The notes: a model not told the origin generated them from the sequence alone. DNA of 56,442 nt from Verrucomicrobiales bacterium (GCA_014239335.1 JAAZZC010000239.1:1-56442), one strand, 5' to 3'. Shown: positions 1 to 9,333, numbered from the stretch's first letter. Numbers and translations are program-made.

Positions 1-787
1 CACGCGTATTATCCACCAAGTGAAAACGAGCCAAGCGATGAAGGAAAGTGTCGGGCAATTTTCCATTTATCAATTCTTTTTTCTCGCCAGCCGTGACCCA
101 AAAATTATCTCTACCGAGAGACGCATTCATTATTTTACGGTAAGTATTTTCCGTTTTTTCATAACCTCCTAAGACCTTAGTTGTTACTCTTATAACCAGA
201 CCTCCTTTGGGTGGACTAGGATTGTACCTAGGATCAGACTTACCTTTTGTTATTTTACCAAAGTCTGTGACTCGAGGTTCTTTCATAGCTTTCCTCATCA
301 TATTGATCACACGTTCAGCGCCACGATTGTTAGAAAATCCGAGCAATTTTCCTGATGCGTCAGCAACGTAAAGCCCCTGAGTAGTTCCCTTGCCGACCTT
401 CCTTGGTCCCTGGTTAGCTATTTTTTGATAGAAGGAGCCCTCATTGTCTTTTTGTCGGCGCTGATAGGCCTGATCTATAGCTATCGGGATAAAATTTTCT
501 TTAAGTAATTTGACGACTTCAGGATTTTTAAAAGTAGACTCACGGTCCAGTACACCATTGTTTCACGTACAAGTCATGGGATGCCCATCCATGGCCCAAA
601 TGAAAATCAGTTTGTTCTGTTGATTGGCATCATTTTGGCCATCAATGACTGATATTTTCCAAGGAATCGAACGCCAAGTTTCATCAGAATCAGGCTGCAA
701 GCTCTGGTGTAAAGTTTTGAACTCTTCATGTGTAAGTGACCAAGATATTTGGCTAATTCCCAAAAAAATGAGAAGAAAGTATTTCAT
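1..787 (-). CDS. Exported thioredoxin-fold (Thioredoxin_7/DUF255-like) protein, candidate selenoprotein. In-frame TGA at 563-565. The 3' end runs off the window.
   Basis: The minus-strand ORF 787->566 encodes a signal peptide (MKYFLLIFLGISQISWS) followed by ...KLIFIWAMDGHPMTCT, then TGA. The same frame stays open for about 187 more codons to position 1 (NNGVLDRESTFKNPEVVKLLKENFIPIAIDQAYQRRQKDNEG...). The context resembles the beta1/redox-motif/alpha1 part of thioredoxin-like proteins. Confidence 0.6.
535..549 (-). other. Small hairpin 13 nt downstream of the in-frame UGA (UGGAC-CGUGA-GUCUA); possible minimal bacterial SECIS
   Basis: Hand folding gives a 5-bp stem (one G.U pair) and a 5-nt loop. 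G and U fall at positions 23-24 counted from the U of UGA, the same positions as the SelB-contacting G23/U24 of E. coli fdhF. The stem is short and no energy was computed. Confidence 0.3.
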
Positions 788-880
788 TTTTCTATTCTTT
801 CATAGTCAGTAGGGCTGTCAATAATTACCCCATAATTCATATTCTATAAGTACATTAATTAAAGGATACAGTAACAAAGT

Positions 881-1096
881 TTAATCTCTGAACGGCCTTG
901 TCCATTTAATAACCCACCAGTTAGGAAGCTTAATTCCAATATAAGAAGCAGGAATTTGGACAAACCCTTTATAAAAATGATTCATCCTAACTGTGTATTT
1001 TCTTTGGTTAGACCACGACACTGCAGTAAGCGTTAACCCACATATAAAATAAATACATAATATGGCTAAGAGCATTTTCCATATTACCTTCTTCAC
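881..1096 (-). CDS. Hypothetical small membrane protein (71 aa, GTG start)
   Basis: ORF with one hydrophobic helix (MLLAILCIYFICGLTLTAV). No recognisable family. Confidence 0.25.
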   Translation of the reverse strand: MKKVIWKMLLAILCIYFICGLTLTAVSWSNQRKYTVRMNHFYKGFVQIPASYIGIKLPNWWVIKWTRPFRD

Positions 1097-1304
1097 TTCG
1101 TTTATTTAATAGCCTCTCGCACCAAATCAAATTCCTTACTTTGAAATTTTAGTATTTTTTCAAACTCATTTTATCACAAGCTACTCCCCTAAGAGGTGCA
1201 AAATCCATACAATCAAATGAGAAAAAGTATTTTTGTAAGAATGAATGAGTTAATGTATTTGAATCGGTTTCTCTATTTCCTCCTAAAGGGTACAGTAAGC
1301 TGAT

Positions 1305-2639
1305 ATGAAAAAGCTGTTATTACCACTCACCCTACTCGTATGGTCACTGGCAACTTTCGAGTCAATAGCAAAGCCTCCCCCTAACATTGTCTTCATCTTG
1401 AGCGATGACCAGGCCTGGACGGATTATAGTTTCATGGGTCACCCTGAAATCAAGACACCACACCTTGATGAATTAGCCCGTCAAAGCCTCGTTTTCGAGC
1501 GCGGGTATGTAGCCGCTCCATTGTGCCGCCCATCATTGGCATCAATGCTTACCGGTCTCTACCCCTTTCAGCACGGCATCACGGGAAACGATGTTGACGG
1601 ACCGAACCGGAGAGCCGAACTAGATGTGCCTGTACGTAAGCAATTTTACACTCATCAAAACTTTGTCAGATTCCTGAAAAATAATGGCTATCTAGCTTAT
1701 CAGTCCGGCAAATGGTGGGAAGGATCATGGCAAGACGGTGGCTTCACTCATGGCATGACACATGGGGACCCGGCCCGGGGAGGACGCCATGGAGATGAGG
1801 GCCTTACGATCGGCCGTAAATCAATGAAACCAGTCAAGGAGTTCATTGATCTGGCCATTGAAAAGCAACGGCCATTCCTGACGTGGTATGCTCCATTCCT
1901 ACCACACACTCCCCACAATCCCCCGGCACAGCTATTGAAAAAATACATCTTGCCCGGACGCTCAATAGATGAGGCTAAATACTATGCGATGTGCGAATGG
2001 TTTGATAGCACTTGCGGAGAACTACTCGATTATCTGGACAAGAAAGAGATCAGGGAAAATACATTAATTATCTATATCTGCGATAATGGATGGGCTGCAG
2101 CCAGTACTAACAAAGATGACCCGGCTCAAAAACTCTGGAAGGGATACGCTCAACGCTCTAAGAGCTCACCTTTTGAGAAGGGTATCCGCACACCAATCAT
2201 GTTATCTTGGCCTGAACGGATTAAAAAAGAACGAGTGCAGGATCTAGCTCATTCCATTGACATTTTCCCCACCATTGCCGCAGCTGCCGGGCTAAAATTA
2301 ACAGTAAAGTTACCTGGTATAAACCTACTCGATAGGCAAGCAAGGGTGAAGCGCAAGCGTGTCTTTGGCGTTTGTCATTCCGTTTATAACATGAGCCCCG
2401 GCAATCCCGACGGGACTCTGCAATACCTCTGGTGCGTCGAAGATAACTGGAAACTCCTTCTTCGCTACAGCGGGCTGGATACGACGCGCTACAAGCAACT
2501 GCATATCTGGGACAAGGAACCCACCAGACTCTACAATTTGAAGATCGATCCCCATGAAAAAAACGAGTTATCCGCAATGCACCCGGAAATCGTCAACCGC
2601 CTAAGGAAGGGAATTCATGAATGGCATCTCGCACCATGA
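1305..2639 (+). CDS. Sulfatase (formylglycine-dependent family, S1) with a signal peptide and an atypical C-R-P-S-L motif
   Basis: NIVFILSDDQAWTD... and PLCRPSLASMLTG are the typical sulfatase N-terminal metal-binding and FGly region, but Leu replaces the canonical Arg. ICDNGW is also present. Confidence 0.85.
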   Translation: MKKLLLPLTLLVWSLATFESIAKPPPNIVFILSDDQAWTDYSFMGHPEIKTPHLDELARQSLVFERGYVAAPLCRPSLASMLTGLYPFQHGITGNDVDGPNRRAELDVPVRKQFYTHQNFVRFLKNNGYLAYQSGKWWEGSWQDGGFTHGMTHGDPARGGRHGDEGLTIGRKSMKPVKEFIDLAIEKQRPFLTWYAPFLPHTPHNPPAQLLKKYILPGRSIDEAKYYAMCEWFDSTCGELLDYLDKKEIRENTLIIYICDNGWAAASTNKDDPAQKLWKGYAQRSKSSPFEKGIRTPIMLSWPERIKKERVQDLAHSIDIFPTIAAAAGLKLTVKLPGINLLDRQARVKRKRVFGVCHSVYNMSPGNPDGTLQYLWCVEDNWKLLLRYSGLDTTRYKQLHIWDKEPTRLYNLKIDPHEKNELSAMHPEIVNRLRKGIHEWHLAP

Positions 2640-2702
2640 TCCCTAACCACGACGAATGAGTTAAAGGCGCAGGATTTTTTCGACGCCATGGGATAAAGCA
2701 AA

Positions 2703-3260
2703 CTACTTCTTTGGCGTGATTTTTTTCGTGTTTTTATCAACCTGAGCCTTGATATCGACCTGAGTGGTTTTTACCAGCTTGGCGACTTCGTTACCCAAAT
2801 TGCGGGCAATTAAACCGCTAGGATCACAGCCTTTGCTGATAGCTGCGATTTTGCCACCCTTTCCAATGAGAAAATTACTGGGCATGGTCTTGGTATCAAA
2901 AATCTTCCAGCTATCTTTTGTCGGATCCAATGCGTACTGCATGTTTAGTTTTTTTGTTTTCACATAAGTCGCGAATTTATTATCCGGCTCAGCAAAAACG
3001 GCGACGAACTTAATGCCGTCTTTCTTGTAGGCTTCATGTAGTGCTTGGAAATAGGGCAACTCACGATCGCAACCGAGACAACCGCAGGTAAGCCGCACCA
3101 ATACCGGTCCATTCTTAGCCAGTTTAGCAAGGTTGATTTCCTTGCCTTTGGTGTCCTTGATTTTGAATTCAGGAGCAGCATCGCCGACCTTTAATGGATC
3201 AGCATAGGTGTTCCAAGTCGTGGCGAGAATGAGTGTCAAAGTGGCAAGAATACTTTTCAT
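2703..3260 (-). CDS. Exported TlpA/redoxin (AhpC/TSA-like thioredoxin-fold) protein
   Basis: Signal peptide MKSILATLTLILATTWNTYA. VGDAAPEFKIKDTKGKEINL...VLVRLTCGCLGC contains a CxxC. I chose the ATG at 3260 over the TTG at 3308 used by the ORF track. Confidence 0.75.
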   Translation of the reverse strand: MKSILATLTLILATTWNTYADPLKVGDAAPEFKIKDTKGKEINLAKLAKNGPVLVRLTCGCLGCDRELPYFQALHEAYKKDGIKFVAVFAEPDNKFATYVKTKKLNMQYALDPTKDSWKIFDTKTMPSNFLIGKGGKIAAISKGCDPSGLIARNLGNEVAKLVKTTQVDIKAQVDKNTKKITPKK

Positions 3261-3535
3261 TATATTTCCAATGGAAAAAATCCTACATGAGTAAACAGGC
3301 CGCTCCAACCTTTATTTATATATTACAGGAAACATCTACGGAAATAGACTCGCTAGGCCTGGATTGTTTTATCTAGGCTATTTTGTTATAATCATAATAT
3401 GAAAAGGCCGTTCATTATCATTTTATTCTTTTTTGTTCTGCCAGCGGTGACCCCCTTAACCTTTTTTAGTTTCTACGATGACCTTACCGTCCTTTCCTCT
3501 TGACTCGACACCCCGAGGACAGCTTCAATTTACCC

Positions 3536-4960
3536 ATGTTCCGAATTCTTTTTCTCTTTTCTCTCACCTTGGCATTTACCTTAACGTCCCTATCTCTTGA
3601 GGCAGCCAAAGACAAACCCAACTTCATCATCATCTTCACTGATGACCAGGGTTATGGTGACCTCAGCTGCTTTGGCTCGACCAAAATAAAAACTCCAAAC
3701 ATCGACCGTATGGCTAAAGAGGGGCGGAAGTTTACCAATTTTATGGTGGCGTCTCCTGTCTGTACTCCCTCACGCGCAGCACTTCTCACAGGCTGCTACC
3801 CAAAGCGCGTCGGCATGCACCAACACGTGCTCTTTCCATCTTCCACTAAGGGACTAAACCCCTCAGAACACACCATCGCCGATCACCTGAAGAGCCAAGG
3901 TTACGCCACCGCCGCCTTCGGCAAGTGGCACCTCGGACATCACCCTGAGACACTTCCTCAAAAGAACGGCTTCGACACCTACTTCGGAATTCCCTACTCA
4001 AATGACATGAATCATCCAGATAACAAAGGTAAGCCTCTGGGCCGATCCCCAGGCATGGATGTGCTCTGGAAAGACCCTGAGTCCACGCTCACCAAGTGGA
4101 ATACCCCGCTAATGGAAAACGAAAAAATTGTGGAGCTACCTGTCGACCAGCGGACAGTCACTCGCCGTTACACTCAGAAAGCTATCGATTTCATCACAAC
4201 CAACCAGAAGAATCCTTTTTTTGTCTACTTGCCGCATTCAATGCCCCACATTCCTCTCTACGTTCCCGATGATGTTCGCGATCCGAACCCCCTGAACGCC
4301 TACACAAACACCATCGAACACATCGATGCCGAGGTTGGGCGCCTCATGGACAAGGTACGTGAACTGGGCCTTTCAAAGAATACCTATGTAATCTATACAA
4401 CCGACAACGGTCCCTGGTTGCCATTCAAGCACCATGGAGGTAGCGCCGGCCCCCTCCGTGACGGCAAAGGCTCAACCTTTGAGGGCGGCCAACGTGTACC
4501 CTGCGTGATGTGGGCACCTGGACGTATCCCCGCAGGGACCGAATGCCACGAACTCATGGGAACCATCGACTTGCTGCCCACGATCGCCGCCCTGACCGGC
4601 ACCTCACTCCCCGCCGATCAGAAAATTGACGGCCTGAACGCTTCGGCTCTGCTCGCTAAGGACGCCAAATCCCCACGCAACGAGTTCCTTTACTATACCT
4701 CGCGAGGCGACATTCAGGGTCTGCGGCAAGGCAAATGGAAACTTCTGGTAAAAAAGAAAAAAAAGCCCAGAAACGCAGGTAAGAACTGGAAAGCCCCTGC
4801 CCCTGAAATTCTACTTTTTGACCTCATCGCGGACATGGGTGAAAAAAACAATCTGGCCAAGGAGAATCTAAAAAAGGTTAAGGATCTCACTGCTCGCATG
4901 GATGAACTGGACGCTGAGATCACCAAGAATGCTCGTACTCCATGGCACAAATCAAAATAA
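3536..4960 (+). CDS. Sulfatase (arylsulfatase A/GALNS-like), exported
   Basis: NFIIIFTDDQGYGDLSCFG, canonical CTPSRAALLTG, GKWHLG and TTDNGP. The ATG at 3536 gives the signal peptide MFRILFLFSLTLAFTL. Confidence 0.9.
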   Translation: MFRILFLFSLTLAFTLTSLSLEAAKDKPNFIIIFTDDQGYGDLSCFGSTKIKTPNIDRMAKEGRKFTNFMVASPVCTPSRAALLTGCYPKRVGMHQHVLFPSSTKGLNPSEHTIADHLKSQGYATAAFGKWHLGHHPETLPQKNGFDTYFGIPYSNDMNHPDNKGKPLGRSPGMDVLWKDPESTLTKWNTPLMENEKIVELPVDQRTVTRRYTQKAIDFITTNQKNPFFVYLPHSMPHIPLYVPDDVRDPNPLNAYTNTIEHIDAEVGRLMDKVRELGLSKNTYVIYTTDNGPWLPFKHHGGSAGPLRDGKGSTFEGGQRVPCVMWAPGRIPAGTECHELMGTIDLLPTIAALTGTSLPADQKIDGLNASALLAKDAKSPRNEFLYYTSRGDIQGLRQGKWKLLVKKKKKPRNAGKNWKAPAPEILLFDLIADMGEKNNLAKENLKKVKDLTARMDELDAEITKNARTPWHKSK

Positions 4961-5063
4961 GTGATGGAAAAGTCGATACTAATAGCGCTCTCAAACTTGT
5001 TAGTCTTACCTATCCACGCGGTCGATGTCAGTGACCTAACGTACTCTGTAAATGGAGCTCTAG

Positions 5064-6305
5064 CTATTTAACCCTGTCAGCTTTCGCTAGATAATCGGGA
5101 TCAATATCCACACCGATTCCGTGGCCGTTAGGTGCAGTCATGGATCCGTTTTTGACCGTGATCTTCTCGCCTGTTGATTCCCAGGGAAAATCGTCAGTCA
5201 ATCCCTTGTATTCCTGATGAGGTCCAGGGTTGGGACAGCATGCGGCGTAGATTCCCATGTAAAGAAATCCAAGGCCACCGCCGGAAATGTGAGGGGTACA
5301 ATCAAAGCCTTTGGCTGCTGCCATCTGAGCAACGCGCAGTGAGCGGATCAGGCCACCGTAGTAAAAGATGTCAGGCTGAAAGATGCGGACACCACTATTT
5401 TCAACCATCCATTTAAAACGCCACTGACTACTCTCCTGTTCGCCCCATGCAATGGGAATATCCAATGCGTCAGCAACTCGTTTAGTTTCGTCAAGGTAGT
5501 CGAAGGGCACGGGTTCCTCGTAAAATGCAAACTTGTTTGCCTCCAGTATTTTACCGACTTCAATGGCCTTTTCCACTGAGACATATGAACTGTTTGCATC
5601 AGCGTAGAGAGTGCATCGTCCACCCAAGGATTCGGCGACCATGGGAATTAATTTCTCGGTCCGGCCGGGAACCTCATCTATTACTTTCATCCGCCCTCCA
5701 ATTTTGAGCTTCAATGCTTTGGCATCGATACTATCTACTGATTTAATGATGCGGCGCAGGGATTCCTGAGGATCTTTAGAACGATGGTTGTTGGCGATAT
5801 AAAGATCAATCTGCTTACGTCGCTGTCCGCCCAATAGATCCGCCGCTGAACACTTGGCGACTCTTCCTAGGAGATCGAGGATCGCGAATTCGGCTGCCGC
5901 GAGTTGAATCCAGAACAGTTGTCCTTGCATCTTGTAATTACTGCCGCTAAGAAAAACCCCATCAACCAATTGATCCAGATCCCGTGCGTCTTTGCCACGC
6001 ATATATGGAGCGATCACCTTAGTGAAGACGTGTTGGCTCAGCTCCATCTTTCTGGGATGCCCAACGGACCAGCCTTCAGCGCCATCTTTAGAGCGGGCAT
6101 GAATGAACCAATCTCCACCCCGTTCATACAATTCAAGCGACTCGATAATCACTGGGTTAGGAAGGCGTTCGCGCTGAATAAATGGTTTGAATGTTCCAAT
6201 CGGATCCACGGGCTTGCTGTGACCTTGAGGGATTCCGCCCATAAAAACAGCGGTTGCAGGGATGCTTGTAGAGAAGAGAAAACTTCGCCGATTCATGAAT
6301 GCCAT
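5064..6305 (-). CDS. Enolase-superfamily (mandelate racemase/muconate lactonizing enzyme-like) protein with a twin-arginine signal
   Basis: N-terminal MNRRSFLF is a Tat motif. MR/MLE-like landmarks are KLKIGG, LYADANSSY, FYEEP, WGEQE and FQPD. Confidence 0.75.
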   Translation of the reverse strand: MAFMNRRSFLFSTSIPATAVFMGGIPQGHSKPVDPIGTFKPFIQRERLPNPVIIESLELYERGGDWFIHARSKDGAEGWSVGHPRKMELSQHVFTKVIAPYMRGKDARDLDQLVDGVFLSGSNYKMQGQLFWIQLAAAEFAILDLLGRVAKCSAADLLGGQRRKQIDLYIANNHRSKDPQESLRRIIKSVDSIDAKALKLKIGGRMKVIDEVPGRTEKLIPMVAESLGGRCTLYADANSSYVSVEKAIEVGKILEANKFAFYEEPVPFDYLDETKRVADALDIPIAWGEQESSQWRFKWMVENSGVRIFQPDIFYYGGLIRSLRVAQMAAAKGFDCTPHISGGGLGFLYMGIYAACCPNPGPHQEYKGLTDDFPWESTGEKITVKNGSMTAPNGHGIGVDIDPDYLAKADRVK

Positions 6306-6776
6306 GGGAGGATGATAGAATGGAAAGGTGACCCTATAAAGGTGAAAACAAGCGCGCGAGTTTTATCAGCTTATTATATAGGTAACATAAAATGCAGTTT
6401 CTAGTTGAGAGGCTTCCAGCCGCCACCCATGAGCCAAGATTTTTAGGATTTTTTTTCAGATCCCCTACATATATACAGCACACCTCGCACGAAAAAATGG
6501 CCTATCCCCCGTGGCGTGGGCTGATGGTTTAGGAGTTGGGATCCTTTTTCTCCATAGCAGGCACCGGAGAAAATAGATCCCGAAAAGAATTGATCACTGG
6601 ATCCATGAGCAGTGAATCATGAGAGGTTATACACGATTCATGGTGGAGGTTCAGGGTGCAAAAAAGGTTCAAAAGAGTAGCCACTTTGGGTAGCCACCAA
6701 GGATAAAAAGTGCTAGTATGAAAAGGTAAACTAAAACAACTTCCTAGTTTTGAACTGTATATACAGTCTTTGAAAA

Positions 6777-6852
6777 TGGAGCCGGCTGACGGACTCGAAC
6801 CGTCGACCTACTGATTACAAATCAGTTGCTCTACCAACTGAGCTAAGCAGGC
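6777..6852 (-). tRNA. tRNA-Thr (anticodon UGU), 76 nt with encoded CCA
   Basis: The reverse complement GCCTGCTTAGCTCAGTTGGTAGAGCAACTGATTTGTAATCAGTAGGTCGACGGTTCGAGTCCGTCAGCCGGCTCCA folds as a cloverleaf. It has a GTTCGAGTC T-loop and the anticodon loop TT-TGT-AA. There is one U4.C69 mismatch in the acceptor stem. Confidence 0.9.
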
Positions 6853-6940
6853 ATCTACATCGAGATGGGCGTAGAATCTCCTATTATTTTAGAGTTTTTC
6901 AACAAGAAAAATATCGCCAGAGAAATTTAAATCGCTTAGC

Positions 6941-7171
6941 TCATTCACCTTTGGACTTTTCTTCTTTCGAATTCTTCTTTTTCTCCTCAGGAAAAGAGAT
7001 TTTTCCATCGTAATCAATGACAACAAATTTCATCTCCATAGCACTTTTGGCTATTTCTTTGGAAATAGGTTTTCCGGGCGCTTTATCGTTTCGTATTTGT
7101 TCAGCAACTTTTTTGCTAAACCTCACGACCATGACCCCCCAGTCATCCTCAATCGATGACCCTTTAATCAT
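6941..7171 (-). CDS. Hypothetical small protein (76 aa), Lys/Glu-rich C-terminus
   Basis: ORF only. Located in the low-GC islet. Confidence 0.35.
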   Translation of the reverse strand: MIKGSSIEDDWGVMVVRFSKKVAEQIRNDKAPGKPISKEIAKSAMEMKFVVIDYDGKISFPEEKKKNSKEEKSKGE

Positions 7172-7204
7172 GGCGTTAAGGTGAAATTCTTCAGACTGTT
7201 TCCA

Positions 7205-7447
7205 TCAAAATTTTTCCTCCACGGCCTTGAATGCAAGTTGTGGTATTCCCACTTGTCGTGCAATTGCAGTATAGAACTGGTCAGGATCAGCGTACTCTTG
7301 GATCGGCTTCACTCCTTCGATCTTAGTCTTATATCTTTTCTCAAAGAACTGAACCGTTCCTCTCTCTGGCTCTTTTTCATCGCAACCATTAGCCACCAAA
7401 AAAGAGTTAATTATAAAAAACGATAGGGCAATTAGAGGCATCTTCAT
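7205..7447 (-). CDS. Hypothetical small lipoprotein (80 aa)
   Basis: Signal peptide plus lipobox (FLVANG-C). Confidence 0.45.
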   Translation of the reverse strand: MKMPLIALSFFIINSFLVANGCDEKEPERGTVQFFEKRYKTKIEGVKPIQEYADPDQFYTAIARQVGIPQLAFKAVEEKF

Positions 7448-7494
7448 ATGTTTACTTTGTGTTACAAAGTAAAAAAGTCAATTCAATTTTCCTC

Positions 7495-8064
7495 TCAGTT
7501 ATTATCCCTTAGAGTGTAATAGTTATATTCGTTACCTTTACCATCTTTCAGATTTTTCTTCTGGTCCGGACCGGGCCACTCTGAAACAACCTCTAATACT
7601 CCATCGTAATTTTTGACTAAACCTTGTACGTTTTTTATATCTGATGGAAACATTTCAGAAAATGCGCCACCAATGATCGTTATCGCGTACCCAGAAACGT
7701 CGCTTTTGATAGACTCACGATCCCCCGCTTCATTGGTCACTTCCATAAATTGCTTGCCTCTAAAGCGAATATCAAAACCTCCGATTGCACCTAGAACTAA
7801 CCTTTTTGGCTCTTCAAAGGATTCCCTAGTAAGCCCATAAACGGTCAGATCCCCCTTCCCCTTAACGTGAAGAATGGCCCATATATCCTCAAGGGTAATA
7901 TCCTCATTATATCCTAACTCCTTAATTTCAAGCTCAGGGATCTTTTCCAGCTCCGCCTTAATGTCCTTGTATTCGGCCCAGTAACCAGGCCCCACAAAGG
8001 TATACCAAAGCCAAAAAAGAGGCAGGCCAGGAAATAAAAATACAAATATTAAAAATCTTTTCAC
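7495..8064 (-). CDS. Hypothetical membrane-anchored or exported protein (189 aa)
   Basis: N-terminal hydrophobic segment MKRFLIFVFLFPGLPLFWLW. No recognisable family. Confidence 0.5.
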   Translation of the reverse strand: MKRFLIFVFLFPGLPLFWLWYTFVGPGYWAEYKDIKAELEKIPELEIKELGYNEDITLEDIWAILHVKGKGDLTVYGLTRESFEEPKRLVLGAIGGFDIRFRGKQFMEVTNEAGDRESIKSDVSGYAITIIGGAFSEMFPSDIKNVQGLVKNYDGVLEVVSEWPGPDQKKNLKDGKGNEYNYYTLRDNN

Positions 8065-8086
8065 CTCTTAATAAATCCTAATAGTT

Positions 8087-8476
8087 TTAGGGCATCTTAA
8101 TTTTACCAATGTCGTGAATGCCTCTACTAGGATTTGGATCCTTATATTTAAGATCATATGTTTGTAATTTTGGCTTCTTGAGAACGATGCCTCCTGAATA
8201 ATCTATTTTTTTTGAAAAAGGTGGCTCATTAAAAATCGCATTTATATAAATCACACCATTCTTCTCAGCCCACTCCACATCATGAAATATCTGGGCAGAA
8301 TGCACAATCGAAGTCTTGAAAGAGATTGGAATAAATACATCTTCTTTCCCAATTTTTTTTGCATCGCCAAAAATGATTCCATCTTCAGCAAAGAACGATC
8401 TAGGCTTCTTATCTAGACAACTCGTTAGACATAGAGAAATAACTATGCAAGCGATAGTGGGATATATTCTCATCAT
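8087..8476 (-). CDS. Hypothetical lipoprotein (129 aa)
   Basis: Signal peptide plus lipobox (CLTS-C). Confidence 0.5.
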   Translation of the reverse strand: MMRIYPTIACIVISLCLTSCLDKKPRSFFAEDGIIFGDAKKIGKEDVFIPISFKTSIVHSAQIFHDVEWAEKNGVIYINAIFNEPPFSKKIDYSGGIVLKKPKLQTYDLKYKDPNPSRGIHDIGKIKMP

Positions 8477-8484
8477 TTAAATCT

Positions 8485-8964
8485 CTATAAGGTGTAGGTG
8501 TGAACATAGATCAGGCCGCTCGCATCATCAATAGCCATCCAGCCATTATAGCGCCCAAAATAAGTCTTGGTTTCGTATAATCTAAGTTCCATAAATTTTT
8601 CTTTTGCTAGCCACCATTTTTTATCACCTTCAGGAGAAGAAAATCCCGTCACTTCGTTGTAAGGCTCCTTTAAATTTTGCGACCATTTCTTTGCCTCCTC
8701 TTTAGGCACTTTGATTAAAGCAAAAAACAAAAAATCAGAAGGTCCCACACCAGCAAATAGGTGCCCGTCTCCTATCCGAGTCTCAATGTAATGGGCGTCC
8801 AGAATTTCTGAAGGGACTTCGGAAAGAGGTTCAATGATTTTGTTCATCACGGCGACCCTTTCCTCGAGCCCTAAACCAGAAGAATCCAGAACGGGATTTT
8901 CCGTAACATCACACCCGGCCAGAAAAAGAATCAGAAAGAAACTGCCAATAATTTGCGCAAGCAT
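8485..8964 (-). CDS. Hypothetical lipoprotein (159 aa)
   Basis: Signal peptide plus lipobox (FLAG-C). Confidence 0.5.
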   Translation of the reverse strand: MLAQIIGSFFLILFLAGCDVTENPVLDSSGLGLEERVAVMNKIIEPLSEVPSEILDAHYIETRIGDGHLFAGVGPSDFLFFALIKVPKEEAKKWSQNLKEPYNEVTGFSSPEGDKKWWLAKEKFMELRLYETKTYFGRYNGWMAIDDASGLIYVHTYTL

Positions 8965-9078
8965 TTATTGTAATATATTATAAAATTCAGAAGATTTTGT
9001 AATTTACTAACATTACATTTGAATTATAGTTAGTTAAATTCGTCATTTATTAAACTAACACCTACCTCTTTATCTATT

Positions 9079-9333
9079 ATGCTTGCTATCGCTGGAATAT
9101 TATATGTCATCTGTTCAATTCTTTGCCTTGTAAGCGGAATAATGCTTATCGTCAAAGGTTTTAAACAAAGCACGGGTTGGGGTCTAATTAATTTATTAGT
9201 GCCTTTTGGTGTTTTCTTTTATATGGCTAAGTTTTGGGATGATGCAAAGGGTGCGGCAAAATTATTCATCATCTCGCTTATTGGTTACGTGGTTGCTTTC
9301 TTGCTTGCCTTAGTGGGTGCTGGTGCCGCTTAA
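9079..9333 (+). CDS. Hypothetical small integral membrane protein (84 aa, about 3 TM segments)
   Basis: Three hydrophobic stretches. No recognisable family. Confidence 0.45.
   Translation: MLAIAGILYVICSILCLVSGIMLIVKGFKQSTGWGLINLLVPFGVFFYMAKFWDDAKGAAKLFIISLIGYVVAFLLALVGAGAA

Noticed and set aside
3399-3503. 34-codon hydrophobic ORF (MKRPFIIILFFFVLPAVTPLTFFSFYDDLTVLSS) upstream of the sulfatase at 3536
   Set aside because: It could be a leader peptide. However, it is short, AT-rich and unsupported by any motif or conservation evidence available to me, so it is not reportable as a gene.
4750-4764. A6-G-A8 tract encoding KKKKK in a sulfatase, and an A9 tract at 28347-28355 near the end of another sulfatase, considered as possible phase-variation slippage sites
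   Set aside because: Both lie in the C-terminal, Lys-rich, non-catalytic parts of the proteins, where a frameshift would have little switching effect. There is no evidence of variable length from a single sequence.
5904-6404. 166-aa plus-strand ORF
   Set aside because: It is antisense to the well-supported enolase-superfamily gene and has no recognisable features.
6941-7447. A third in-frame TGA. The lipoprotein ORF 7205-7447 ends ...AVEEKF-TGA (7205-7207). The same frame reads WKQSEEFHLNA and then the ATG of ORF 6941-7171.
   Set aside because: Only 11 codons separate the two ORFs, so being in frame and stop-free is quite likely by chance. There is no Cys or redox context. The only nearby hairpin is a 4-bp A/U stem without GU at the SECIS positions. 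Both ORFs are orphan sequences in an AT-rich islet. I treat them as two small genes, or possibly one decayed gene.
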